Source: an uncultured virus (IMG/VR IMGVR_UViG_3300042141_000203)
Lineage: Duplodnaviria > Heunggongvirae > Uroviricota > Caudoviricetes
Length of the DNA stretch: 64,000 bases
Strand: one strand, 5' to 3'
Virus record (IMG/VR): IMGVR_UViG_3300042141_000203
The notes below the pieces were generated by a model, which was not told where the DNA came from, did no database searches, and worked only from the letters and a program-made list of their open reading frames with translations. The first letter of the stretch is position 1. The number at the start of each line of letters is the position of its first letter. Both the position numbers and the translations under genes were made by a program. Below, piece by piece: positions 19,639-29,221 of this stretch.

Positions 19639-20771
19639 AGGCCGACGTTCTTGCGGCCACGACTCCCGTGACGCCCGACGCCGAGCAGGTGACGCAACGG
19701 CGAGATGGCGACACGCTGGAGGCCAAAAGCACATCCCGCCGGATCAAGACCGTCGAGGACTTGCTCCGGCACATCGAAGCCGACATGACTCGCTACGAGG
19801 TGGCCGCGAGCGAGGCCACCAAGTGGGAGTGCGGCGATGGCAGTGGTGGTGCCGTCGAACTCCACCGCGTCTTCGTGCGGCTCAAGCCAAAGGCAGGCCC
19901 GGGCGTGCTGGAGTGCGTCGAGGCCATGATCGCCGCGGCGGCCAAGGACCTGCGCAGAAAGAGCGTGCCGCGGCCGGCGAAGCGGAACGGCCTGTGGCAA
20001 GTCGTCGTCGTGTCAGACGTTCATTTCGGCAATTACGCCTACAAGGGCACGACCGGCGGCGCGAACTACGACCTCTACATCGCCGAGAAGATCGTGCGGC
20101 AGGTGTCCGGCGAACTGCTCGCCGTCGGAGACGCAATGAAGCCGGCGCGTCGGACGATTGCGTTTCTGGGCGACATCCTGCATTACGACAACCCCCGCGG
20201 GCAGACCACCTCTGGCACACAGTTGGAGCGAGACGGCCGGCTGCAGAAGATGCTCCAGATCGGCTGGGACACGCTCTTGGAGGTGGTGGAGCGGTCGGCA
20301 GCGACAGCGCCGACGGACGTTCTGGTCGTCAACGGGAACCACGACGAAACGCTTTCGTGGGCGTGGCAGCGCGTGCTGATGGAGCGGTTTCGCAACGACG
20401 GCCGCGTGACGGTGTCGGACGCACACACGGGCAGGCAGTACGCCACGCACGGGCGGAATCTTCTGGGCTTCGCCCATGGCCACAAGGCCAAGAGGAAACT
20501 GGGGCAGATCATGGCCCTGGAGCAGCCGAAGCACTGGAGCAACGCCGCCTGCCGAGAATGGCACACCGGGCACTATCACTCCCAGGCCGCGGAGTGGCAG
20601 CGGCCCATCGAGACGATTGACGGCGTGATCGTCAGGACCGCCCCGGCCATCTGCCCGCCGGACGATTGGCACGCCGAAAACGGGTTCATCGGGTCTCGGC
20701 GGGCCATGGAGACGTTTCTCTACCGCCCCGAGGGCGGACTCGTGTCCATGCACGTTGCGGGTGTTGACTGA
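19620..20771 (+). CDS. Calcineurin-like metallophosphoesterase
   Basis: SDVHFG, LGDILH, GNHD, AHGH, GHYH motifs. Confidence 0.85.
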   Translation: MAKTTLKADVLAATTPVTPDAEQVTQRRDGDTLEAKSTSRRIKTVEDLLRHIEADMTRYEVAASEATKWECGDGSGGAVELHRVFVRLKPKAGPGVLECVEAMIAAAAKDLRRKSVPRPAKRNGLWQVVVVSDVHFGNYAYKGTTGGANYDLYIAEKIVRQVSGELLAVGDAMKPARRTIAFLGDILHYDNPRGQTTSGTQLERDGRLQKMLQIGWDTLLEVVERSAATAPTDVLVVNGNHDETLSWAWQRVLMERFRNDGRVTVSDAHTGRQYATHGRNLLGFAHGHKAKRKLGQIMALEQPKHWSNAACREWHTGHYHSQAAEWQRPIETIDGVIVRTAPAICPPDDWHAENGFIGSRRAMETFLYRPEGGLVSMHVAGVD

Positions 20772-21274
20772 TGGCTGCGATTGACTACACGCCGCCGCTG
20801 GAGTGGCTGCGGATCGCCGCCCAGGAGGCCGCCTCCGGCAGCGATGACCCGCACACGCAGAACGGTGCAGTTCTGGTTCCTGCGACTGCGTCCTACGTCT
20901 GCATCGGAGTCAACAGGGTGCCGTCGGGCGTGTGGGCCGCGCCGGGCAGGCTGCGGAGGCCGGAGAAGTACGGCTACATCGAACACGCAGAGCGGGCAGC
21001 AATCTACGCCGCCGCGCGGGTAGGCACGCCGACGCTGGGTGCGACTCTCTACTGCCCATGGTTCTCCTGCATGGACTGTGCCAGAGCGATCATCATGGCC
21101 GGCATATCGGAGGTGGTGGGCCATGTTCGGCCGCGGGCGGCAACGCCGGATCGGTGGACCGAACAGATCGTCAAGGCCGAGGCCATGCTGGTTGAGGCGA
21201 GGGTCAATATCCGCTGGCTCGCTGGTCCGCTTGGGGTGACGATTCGATTCAACGGAGAGGAGATGGAACTGTGA
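20771..21274 (+). CDS. dCMP deaminase family protein
   Basis: HAERAAI and CMDCARAII Zn motifs; SDDPHTQNGAV. Confidence 0.85.
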   Translation: MAAIDYTPPLEWLRIAAQEAASGSDDPHTQNGAVLVPATASYVCIGVNRVPSGVWAAPGRLRRPEKYGYIEHAERAAIYAAARVGTPTLGATLYCPWFSCMDCARAIIMAGISEVVGHVRPRAATPDRWTEQIVKAEAMLVEARVNIRWLAGPLGVTIRFNGEEMEL

Positions 21275-21828
21275 TCATTGGACTCTGCGGGGCGGCTGGG
21301 GCCGGGAAGAACAGCGTTGCGGAGCGGCTGTGCCTAGAACACCAGTTTGTGCCGCTGGCATTTGCGGATCCTCTGTACGCCGCCGTGTCGGCCATCACGG
21401 GCCTGACGGTCGGGCAGTTGCAGGACAGGAGCCGGAAGGAAAAAGCCCTTGGGTTCATCAGTTGCTCACCCAGGCGGCTGCTCCAAACCCTCGGCACCGA
21501 CTGGGGCCGGAACATGATCCACCCGGAAATATGGGTCATGGCGACGATGCGGAAGATTGAGGAACACCCGGAGTTCAACTACTGCATCACCGATGTACGA
21601 TTCGCCAACGAGGCCGCCGCCGTGAAGGCCCGAGGCGGGGTCGTGTGGCGCGTGATTCGCCCAGGCTTCTCGACTCTGGCGGGATCGACGGCATCGCACG
21701 AGAGCGAGCGCGGGATCCCTGACGAATACGTCGACGGCGAGATTGTCAATTCTGGCTCGCTGCTCCACCTTTCGGCTGCCGTCGACTGCGCCATCCGTGG
21801 GCTACAGAACGCTACAATTGAGGTATAG
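21271..21828 (+). CDS. Deoxynucleoside monophosphate kinase
   Basis: IIGLCGAAGAGK, FADPL, RRLLQTLGTDWGR, ITDVRFANE, HESE. Confidence 0.9.
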   Translation: MIIGLCGAAGAGKNSVAERLCLEHQFVPLAFADPLYAAVSAITGLTVGQLQDRSRKEKALGFISCSPRRLLQTLGTDWGRNMIHPEIWVMATMRKIEEHPEFNYCITDVRFANEAAAVKARGGVVWRVIRPGFSTLAGSTASHESERGIPDEYVDGEIVNSGSLLHLSAAVDCAIRGLQNATIEV

Positions 21829-21850
21829 ACACTGCGCGCACAAAACGACG

Positions 21851-22084
21851 ATGAGCGAGACAGTGAAGTACCTCCTGGAGCGATACGGATTGCCAACCCT
21901 CGTGGCGTGCGCTGCCATGTGGGTTTTGAGGAATGACGTTCTCCTGCCGCTAGTGGACCAGCACTCACAGTTCCTGCGGACGATTGGCGACTCGCAGAAG
22001 GAGATCGCGCAAGCGGTTCAGGAGCAGGCCAGAATCTTGTACGCACTTCAGAAGGAGCCGAAAAATGGCTTGGCAGGACAGTGA
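21851..22084 (+). CDS. Small membrane protein, possible holin
   Basis: One hydrophobic helix then coiled coil. Confidence 0.45.
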   Translation: MSETVKYLLERYGLPTLVACAAMWVLRNDVLLPLVDQHSQFLRTIGDSQKEIAQAVQEQARILYALQKEPKNGLAGQ

Positions 22085-22556
22085 CATCTCCGGCGGGAAG
22101 GTCCGCCTCAAGCATTCGCCAACAGCCGCAGAAACCATCGCGGCTGACGGCCTCGTGCCGGGAGAGGTCGCAATCAACACCGCCGACGGCAAACTCTACT
22201 ACAAGTCGGCGTCGGGCGTCCTGTCGATTCCTGGTGTCAAGGTCGCGACCCTGACCTACGCCGCCACCGTCACGACGAATGCCGCCTCCGGCGACATCTT
22301 CGACCTGACGCTGACCGGCAACGTCACGCTCGCCAATCCAACGAACGGCGTGAACGGCCAGACCATCCGCTGGCGCATCCGCCAGGACGCCACCGGCAGC
22401 CGGACGATCACACTGGGGAACAAGTTCCAGATTCCGTCGTCAGCGACCACGCCGTTGGCGTGGAGTACGGCCGCGAACGCGATGGACATCCTCGCAGCGA
22501 CCTATCACGCGGGCCGTGATAAGTGGGATGTTGTCGCGCTCGTCACTGGGTACTAG
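22065..22556 (+). CDS. Short tail fibre-type protein
   Basis: L.PGEVAINTADGKLYYK fibre N-terminal motif; IRQDATGSRTIT C-terminal domain. Confidence 0.7.
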   Translation: MAWQDSDISGGKVRLKHSPTAAETIAADGLVPGEVAINTADGKLYYKSASGVLSIPGVKVATLTYAATVTTNAASGDIFDLTLTGNVTLANPTNGVNGQTIRWRIRQDATGSRTITLGNKFQIPSSATTPLAWSTAANAMDILAATYHAGRDKWDVVALVTGY

Positions 22557-22570
22557 GAGTAATCGCAACA

Positions 22571-23533
22571 ATGGCAACTCTCTATTTCAACGACACCTCT
22601 TCCGGCGACGGTGATTGGGGCAACTATGACGAGAACTGGTGGACTAACGAAGCGGCGACCGTTGGGGCTACCGGTCTGCCGACGAGCGCGGACAGCGTTG
22701 TGCTGCAAACGTCTGTGTTGGGGAACAGCGGCAGCACTCCTACGGTCGTCAACCTTGAGGCGGCGGGCTATGCGAGGCTTGAAATACAAACCGTTGTCAC
22801 TGGCACAGCGACGTTCAAGGACAACGCAGAACTGAATGCCGCGATGACAGGTAATTGCGTCTTTCAGGACTCCGCACTGCTGAAATCATCGGCGGAAGTG
22901 ACCGGGAATGTCACGTTCGGCGGCAGCACGCAGTTGCAGGGAGCGACCGTTCATGGGAACGCGACGTTCAACGACTCATCGCAAATGATTGACGGCACCA
23001 TTGACACCGGGAACGCCACGTTCAACGGCTCCAGCAAGTACGTTCGGCCAAACTCCGCCGGTTCTCTTGTGCTTGCTGCAACCTTCAACGACAGTTCCAA
23101 GTGCTGCGGGCGGACGGATGCACTGGCAACCTTCAACGGAAGTGCCGTTGCGCTCGCTGGATCAGCCGATGGGTCGGAAGTCAGCGATTGCTATCTGGCG
23201 GGAAATGCTGTGTTCAACGGCACCAGCAGCCTAAACGGGTATGCCAACGCAAACGTCACCATGCGGGACTCGTCGTACATCTATTGGTGGGGATATGTGT
23301 ACGGAACCGCCACTCTGTACCACTCCTCCTACATTCTCGGGCAGGGAGGGCCGGGTCCAAAGCCAGTTCTCAATAGCGTGAACTTCTACGACAACTCCTT
23401 GTCCATGAACACCTCCGATGGCTACGGCAACGCGACCTACTACGACAATTCTTCTCACCAGACGAACTGGTACTCGGTCACGCCGAAGCACGGCAGGGGC
23501 ATCAACGGGTCTAGTATATTGGGGTTCGCATGA
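22571..23533 (+). CDS. Beta-helix repeat protein (putative adhesin/spike)
   Basis: Repeated GNATFNxSS units. Confidence 0.65.
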   Translation: MATLYFNDTSSGDGDWGNYDENWWTNEAATVGATGLPTSADSVVLQTSVLGNSGSTPTVVNLEAAGYARLEIQTVVTGTATFKDNAELNAAMTGNCVFQDSALLKSSAEVTGNVTFGGSTQLQGATVHGNATFNDSSQMIDGTIDTGNATFNGSSKYVRPNSAGSLVLAATFNDSSKCCGRTDALATFNGSAVALAGSADGSEVSDCYLAGNAVFNGTSSLNGYANANVTMRDSSYIYWWGYVYGTATLYHSSYILGQGGPGPKPVLNSVNFYDNSLSMNTSDGYGNATYYDNSSHQTNWYSVTPKHGRGINGSSILGFA

Positions 23534-23826
23534 TTAGTTTTGACGAGCCGATTGTAATCGTTCCGCCAGAGCGAACACTCCCGAACGGCGTGACGATGCA
23601 GCCGCCTGCGGTGACATGCCGCAGGCTGGATTTCGTCCTCACGGACGATAGCCGAAACCGAAAGGCGTCCGCGTGGGTGTACTTCGCGGACAAGCCCATC
23701 ACGCTCTGGGAGGGCGACGAGTACGACGCGGCTGGCGACTACACGCAGGCAGAGGCAGAGGCCCGGCTGCTGGAGAAACTTGGGCCGGACATCAAGGCTG
23801 GGATCGAGGCGTTATTTGTTCGATAA
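23530..23826 (+). CDS. Hypothetical protein
   Basis: ATGA-type overlap; LWEGDEYDAAGDYTQ motif. Confidence 0.6.
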   Translation: MISFDEPIVIVPPERTLPNGVTMQPPAVTCRRLDFVLTDDSRNRKASAWVYFADKPITLWEGDEYDAAGDYTQAEAEARLLEKLGPDIKAGIEALFVR

Positions 23827-23927
23827 GCGCCGGACGCCGGCGGCTGCGTCCAGCCAATTCCGCTGTCCTGTTCTTGCCGGACAAAACCCGCCTTGCCAGC
23901 CGCGTCCGATAGTGTACGAATGTTCTC

Positions 23928-24971
23928 ATGATTGAACACCTGCACGCGGTGGCGACGCACGCGTACTACTGCGGGGAGCTGGATGCCGGCCGCCGCGCGT
24001 GCGAGCGGCTACTGCGGCATGAGCTGCCGCCAGGAATGGAGCGAATCGTGCGGCGGAATCGGACCTGGTACACGCACCGCCTGGAGGAATTGGCGAGCAC
24101 GCGATTTATCCGCCTGGACGCCGAGACATATACGGGCTGGTCGCTATTCAACCCGTCCATCGTGGCGACCGATGCCGGCTGGGTCTGTAACGTCCGCAGC
24201 TCGAACTACCGCATCGTCAACGGATGCTACGAGATGCCGGCGGCCGACAACGGGGTGATCCGCACGGAAAACGTCCTGCTCTACCTGGCGGACGATTTCG
24301 TGACGCGTTCGGCCGTCCGCGTCCTGCAGGACTACGAGCGGACCGACTTCCCTGTGGACGGCCTCGAGGACATTCGTCTGAACGTCGTCGACGGCCAAAA
24401 ACTGCTCTCGGCGACCGTGCGGAACTTCGCACCGCATGACGGGACCTGCCGCATCGCCACGACGAGCCTATCCGGCACGATCGTCTGCCCGCCGACCGAG
24501 CCAGGCCGCCACGAAAAGAACTGGATGCCGATACTCGGCCGGGCGGAGTGGTTGTATGCCTGCCACAACGCCGGCCACGTCGCCACGGTCCGCGAGGACG
24601 GCGGCTACTGGCAGGTCACGAATCATGCCGCGGCTCCCTACCTTGCCAGGGGGTTCCGCGGCGGGTCGCAGCTCGTGCCTGTCGGAAACGGCCACTGGCT
24701 CGCGCTCGTCCATGAGGTTGCCGAGGACGACACCGAGGGCGGGCGGCGCATCTACGAACATCGTTTCGTAAAGTTCGACGAGGGGGCCGGCTGGGCGATC
24801 GCTGGAGTCTCGCCGCCCTTCTCTTTCATGGAACCGAGGGCCATCGAGTTCGCGGCCGGCCTGGCCCGCAAGGGCGATCGCATCGTGGCGTCGTTCGGCC
24901 TACGCGATGCCGAGGCGTGGCTGGTGGAAATGACGCTCGGCGAGGTCTTGAATCTCGTGGTGCCGCTGTGA
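23928..24971 (+). CDS. Beta-propeller glycoside hydrolase/phosphorylase-like protein
   Basis: FNPSI, GLEDIRL, HEKNWMP, FRGGS, IEFAAGL motifs. Confidence 0.65.
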   Translation: MIEHLHAVATHAYYCGELDAGRRACERLLRHELPPGMERIVRRNRTWYTHRLEELASTRFIRLDAETYTGWSLFNPSIVATDAGWVCNVRSSNYRIVNGCYEMPAADNGVIRTENVLLYLADDFVTRSAVRVLQDYERTDFPVDGLEDIRLNVVDGQKLLSATVRNFAPHDGTCRIATTSLSGTIVCPPTEPGRHEKNWMPILGRAEWLYACHNAGHVATVREDGGYWQVTNHAAAPYLARGFRGGSQLVPVGNGHWLALVHEVAEDDTEGGRRIYEHRFVKFDEGAGWAIAGVSPPFSFMEPRAIEFAAGLARKGDRIVASFGLRDAEAWLVEMTLGEVLNLVVPL

Positions 24972-25525
24972 AAACGGTGAATCTCTCCGTCTACGACCGC
25001 GTGAAGGCATTACTCGAAGCCAACTGGCGCGAGAACGATTGGTTTTTCTGCGACTCCCAGGTGATCGGCCACTACGCGATGAAGGCGGCCATATGCGGCC
25101 GCTACAACCCGCGCCGCGTCATCGAAATCGGCACCCGCTGCGGCTATTCCCTGCTCGCCTTCAACTCCGTCGCGCCGCGGGCGAGTTTCCTCTGTGTCGA
25201 CGGCTGCATGGACGAGGATTCCCTGGATTGCCTCGCGCACGCCAAGAACTTGATTGAGCGGCACCAGATCGAGGCGGACCTGGTGATCGTGGATTCGCAC
25301 GCCATCAAAAGCCTGCCGCCGGCCTGCTTTGCCCACGTTGACGGCGACCACTCCTATGCCGGGGCCCTGGCGGACCTGCGGCTCGTCGCCCACTGCCGGG
25401 CGATCCTGGCCGACGACTGCGACAATTTAGAGGTCCGCCGGGCGGTCGAGCAGTTCGCGCGTGAGCAAAACCGCACGGTCGAGTTCATCAACGACGGCCT
25501 GCGGCTTGCCGGGGTCCTGACGTGA
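24968..25525 (+). CDS. Class I SAM-dependent methyltransferase (Methyltransf_24-like)
   Basis: VIEIGTRCGYS and HVDGDHSY..ALADL. Confidence 0.85.
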   Translation: MKTVNLSVYDRVKALLEANWRENDWFFCDSQVIGHYAMKAAICGRYNPRRVIEIGTRCGYSLLAFNSVAPRASFLCVDGCMDEDSLDCLAHAKNLIERHQIEADLVIVDSHAIKSLPPACFAHVDGDHSYAGALADLRLVAHCRAILADDCDNLEVRRAVEQFAREQNRTVEFINDGLRLAGVLT

Positions 25526-26577
25526 AAGTCGGAATCTACGCACTGGCGAAGAACGAGTCGGCAAACGTGCCCGCCTGGGAGGCGAGCTGCCGGGAGGCGG
25601 ACGTGCGCGTCGTGACCGACACGGGATCGACCGACAACACGGTTGAGCTGCTGGAGGCCGCCGGCGTGACGGTCGCCCGCGGGGCCCCGGTCCCGTGGCG
25701 CTGGGACGACGCCCATAACCTGTCCCTCTATCACCTGCCGGCCGACGTGGACGTGGCGATCCGCCTGGACCTGGATGAAGTCCTCGATCCCGGCTGGCGG
25801 GCGGCCCTCGAGGCCGCGTGGAAGCCGGAAACGACCAATCTGCGGTATTGGTATCAGTGGTCGGAGGCGGTGCGGTTTATGTCGGACCGCGTTCATAGGC
25901 GGGCCGGCTATCGCTGGGTGGGCGCGACGCACGAGGGGCTTGCCTGCTGGTCCGGCACCGAGGTCCAGGCTATCTCCGACACGTTCTCCATCCGCCACCA
26001 TCGGCAGCCTGGGAAAACCCACAAAACCGATCTGACGCTGCTTCGCCAGGCGGTGCGCGAGTACCCGCTGGACACCCGGCTGCACTGGTATCTCGCCCGT
26101 GAGCTGGACTATGCGGGCGACCCGGAGGCCGCCGCCGCCTTCGAGCGTTACCTGGCGATGCCGGGGGGCTCGCCGACCGAGCGGGCGTATTCGTTTCGGA
26201 TGCTCGCCAAGATCGAGCCGGACAAGGCGAAGGCCCGGCTTCTGGAGGCGATCATGTCGTCACCGCAGGAGCCGGAAGCGTTCCTGTGCCTGGCCGAGCT
26301 GGCCGAGAAGATGGGCGATTTCGTTTCGACCCTCTACTACGCTCGCCATGCGTCATTCTGCCCGGCAGGGCACCAGACGCACGCAAGCGATCCGCGGGCC
26401 TACGGGCCGCGGGCCCCTGACCTGGCGTGCGTGGCTGCCTCGCGGCTGGGCCTGCACAAAGAGGCCTTGCAGCACGCCCGAGAGGCCCATCGACGCGACC
26501 CGTCGGATGGCCGCATGGCCGAGAATCTGGCGCTCCTTGAACGACAATCACAGGAGGCGGGCCCCAAGGCCGCGTAG
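25522..26577 (+). CDS. GT2 glycosyltransferase with TPR-like C-terminus
   Basis: KNE, DTGSTDNT, LDLDE, THE motifs; helical repeats. Confidence 0.85.
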   Translation: MKVGIYALAKNESANVPAWEASCREADVRVVTDTGSTDNTVELLEAAGVTVARGAPVPWRWDDAHNLSLYHLPADVDVAIRLDLDEVLDPGWRAALEAAWKPETTNLRYWYQWSEAVRFMSDRVHRRAGYRWVGATHEGLACWSGTEVQAISDTFSIRHHRQPGKTHKTDLTLLRQAVREYPLDTRLHWYLARELDYAGDPEAAAAFERYLAMPGGSPTERAYSFRMLAKIEPDKAKARLLEAIMSSPQEPEAFLCLAELAEKMGDFVSTLYYARHASFCPAGHQTHASDPRAYGPRAPDLACVAASRLGLHKEALQHAREAHRRDPSDGRMAENLALLERQSQEAGPKAA

Positions 26578-26579
26578 TC

Positions 26580-27053
26580 ATGCCCAATTCCGTCGCTATC
26601 GAAATATCCGACGCCCTGGCGGCCGGCATCTCGGCCTACGAGTTCTCGGCCCCCTACGCGTCCGTCGATGCCGTCCGCCGCTACCTGCCCGACTACGAGG
26701 GCCCGCAGCTCCGCACCCTGCAGGTGTCGGTCGTGCCGGGGCCGGTCGAAACGGAGCGGTCCTCGCGAGGCCAGGACCTATTCACGCACGAAATCATGGT
26801 CGTGATCGCGAAAAGCGTGGACGGCAGCAATTCGGACATCGACGAGCTGACGAATCTGGCCGAGGAAATGGTCGATGCGATCCGCAGCAACCTCCTGGTC
26901 ATGCCGACCATGCCGGAAAACGCCAAGTATTTCGGTGCGGCGATGCAGACGACCTTCGACCGCGACTCACTGATGGATCGCCGCGTATTCCTGGCACAGA
27001 TCAACGTGACGTATCGGGTGCCGCGCGACCATCTGACTCCGACGGGGGTATAG
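26580..27053 (+). CDS. Putative tail terminator/completion protein
   Basis: Size, position before neck and tube genes. Confidence 0.55.
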   Translation: MPNSVAIEISDALAAGISAYEFSAPYASVDAVRRYLPDYEGPQLRTLQVSVVPGPVETERSSRGQDLFTHEIMVVIAKSVDGSNSDIDELTNLAEEMVDAIRSNLLVMPTMPENAKYFGAAMQTTFDRDSLMDRRVFLAQINVTYRVPRDHLTPTGV

Positions 27054-27055
27054 GC

Positions 27056-27829
27056 ATGGCGATATTCCCGACCGGCAACCTGTTCCCAGGCATGGGGGGC
27101 GGCATCCGCATCCCCGGCGTGGCGATGCAGGCGAAGATCAGCAATTTCTTCGATCGTTCTTCCGTGCTCGGCGCGTTGAACGACATGGAGAAACGCTGTT
27201 TCATCAAGGGTTCGCTAAAGATCAAGGACAAGGCCCGAAAGTCCATCAAGAAGATGGGCATGGCGAAGCCGAAGCTCAAGGTGGCCGTGGCGAATCCAGG
27301 CCTTAGTCTCCGCGAGCTGTATCGGCTGCCGGGCCTGCGGCCGCACACGAAGAAAGCGATCCTCGAGCGGGTGCGGGAGATCAAGACGCGGCCGGCATCG
27401 CTGCCAGGCCATCCGCCGCACACGCACGTTCCCTACGGCCACATGCTCGGCTTCCGCCGAAACCTGTGGAACTTCTACGATCCGATGAACCACTCGGCGG
27501 TCGTCGGACCAAGCCGCAAGGGCAAGCAGCTCCCCTACCTGCACGAGTTCGGCGGCAGCCAGGTGCTCCAGACCTGGGCCTACGTTCCGCAGTACCAGGG
27601 CAACTACTCCCCGATCATCTGGCGGCTCGGCCAGGGGCAGACCCCGCGGAACACCGGCAAGTGGGCCATGGTCGGCGGGCCGCGGTCTGCCGTGTACCCG
27701 GAGCGGCCGTTCATGTACCCGGCGATGCAGTGGGCCGTTTCCAGCGGCACGCTCGCCAAAATCTTCCAGGGGCAATTCCGCGTTTCGCAGGCCGGACGCG
27801 GTGTGTCGATCGGCCGACGCGGGCCGTGA
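27056..27829 (+). CDS. Putative neck/virion morphogenesis protein
   Basis: Basic; S.PG.PPHTH, LHEFGG, YPERPFMYPA motifs. Confidence 0.65.
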   Translation: MAIFPTGNLFPGMGGGIRIPGVAMQAKISNFFDRSSVLGALNDMEKRCFIKGSLKIKDKARKSIKKMGMAKPKLKVAVANPGLSLRELYRLPGLRPHTKKAILERVREIKTRPASLPGHPPHTHVPYGHMLGFRRNLWNFYDPMNHSAVVGPSRKGKQLPYLHEFGGSQVLQTWAYVPQYQGNYSPIIWRLGQGQTPRNTGKWAMVGGPRSAVYPERPFMYPAMQWAVSSGTLAKIFQGQFRVSQAGRGVSIGRRGP

Positions 27830-27887
27830 TTAGGTATACTGACGTACAGATAGGCGATTTCCGCCGCACACAGGAGCAACCGACCAA

Positions 27888-28271
27888 ATGCCCGCCGTCG
27901 CACACAAGTATTATCTCGGCAAAGACTGCTCGTTTTCGTTCGCGAGCGGCAAGATCGAAAACAAGGACGTAAAGACGGTCACGATCAGCCGCGAGACTGC
28001 CGCGGAGGCGGACGTGACGACCCGCGGGTCGGGCAACGAGCAGGAGTTCGCGTTCGTCCGTGCCAACACGACGATCGAGGTTGTGGTCCTCGATCATTCG
28101 GCGACGGTCGGCGACACCGGGGCCATCACCATGACGCTGCCGACGGGTTCCAGCGGTCCGGTGCAGCCAACGGGCACCTTCCAGGTCATGAGCATTTCGG
28201 AGCCGCAGGAGTTGGACGGCGCGATCGAGTTCACGATCAGCCTCCGAAAGACTCCGACTGTCACCGGCTGA
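27888..28271 (+). CDS. Putative minimal tail tube protein 1
   Basis: EADVTTRGS and SEPQELDGAIEFTISL tube-like motifs. Confidence 0.7.
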   Translation: MPAVAHKYYLGKDCSFSFASGKIENKDVKTVTISRETAAEADVTTRGSGNEQEFAFVRANTTIEVVVLDHSATVGDTGAITMTLPTGSSGPVQPTGTFQVMSISEPQELDGAIEFTISLRKTPTVTG

Positions 28272-28283
28272 TAGGGGTGACGC

Positions 28284-28661
28284 GTGCCAAGTTCGACAGA
28301 CAGGTTCCGCCTGGGGCGAGAGTGCGTATTCGCCCTGGACGGCCTCATACTGTCTGGCGTGCGGGACGTGTTCGTGCAACGGCGGACGACCGAAGTGGAC
28401 GCGACCGGGTACGGGCACTCGGCGCAGTCCACGGCCGTCATTCACCGCACCTACGAGCTGCAGGTTTCGGTCATCAAGCCGGCGGACGTGGCGAAATTGC
28501 GCGACGCCGAGGTTGACGGCAAGGCCGTAACTGTCACAACGACGAATGGCCTGCGAGAAGTGTCCGCAGACTTCGTTGTGGCGGAGAGTTCCGCCGACGA
28601 ACCGCTCAACGATGCAGTGCTGGCGACGTTCACTCTCAAGCAGTGGATGCACGGCAAATAA
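28284..28661 (+). CDS. Putative tail tube paralog 2
   Basis: LGRECVF / EVDAT / DEPLND parallel the upstream gene. Confidence 0.6.
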   Translation: MPSSTDRFRLGRECVFALDGLILSGVRDVFVQRRTTEVDATGYGHSAQSTAVIHRTYELQVSVIKPADVAKLRDAEVDGKAVTVTTTNGLREVSADFVVAESSADEPLNDAVLATFTLKQWMHGK

Positions 28662-28663
28662 CC

Positions 28664-29221
28664 ATGAAAACATTCACCGACACCGAGGGCCGGCACTGGA
28701 ATATCAAGGGCACGCTCGGGGCCTTCGAGCGCGTCAAGACGGCCTGCGACGTGGATATGCTCGACCTGCCGACGACGCAGACCTGCCTACAGAAAATCTC
28801 GGACGTGTTCACACTGGGTCGCGTCCTCTATGTGCTCTGCGAGGACCAGGCCGTGCAACGTGGCATCACGCCAGAACAGTTTGCCGATGGGTTCAACGCG
28901 GACGTGCTGCACGCGGCCAGCGAAGCCTTGATCGAGGAAGTGATTTTTTTTTGCCGGAAAGACCTGCGGCCGGCGCTGGAGATGGCGTTCGAAAAAGCAC
29001 GCCAGGCGGACCGGAGGATGGTGGAGACACTGCAGGGGAGGATCGGCAGCATAGGCCGCGAGATGGATGCGGCGATGGAGAAGTTCCTGACATCTACCGA
29101 CTCTGCTACGAGCTTGCCGGAATCATCGGGGTCCACCCCGGAGAATGGACGCTCCGCGGCCTCGTCTGGGCGTCGCGCAGCCGCCAGAAAGAAAGCTGGA
29201 ACCATACCAGCAGCGTCATAG
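28664..29221 (+). CDS. Tail assembly chaperone
   Basis: MKTFTDTEGRHW...EEVIFF; between tube and tape measure genes. Confidence 0.75.
   Translation: MKTFTDTEGRHWNIKGTLGAFERVKTACDVDMLDLPTTQTCLQKISDVFTLGRVLYVLCEDQAVQRGITPEQFADGFNADVLHAASEALIEEVIFFCRKDLRPALEMAFEKARQADRRMVETLQGRIGSIGREMDAAMEKFLTSTDSATSLPESSGSTPENGRSAASSGRRAAARKKAGTIPAAS

Larger units (their letters stand above)
1..23900 (+). mobile_element. Phage segment A: late/structural region of an HK97-capsid siphovirus (partial genome)
   Basis: Continuous + strand head-neck-tail-fibre gene order; no AGCT seen; no host genes. Boundary approximate. Confidence 0.85.

Noticed and set aside
22065..23533. Diversity-generating retroelement targeting fibres
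   Set aside because: No reverse transcriptase and no TR/VR pair seen.
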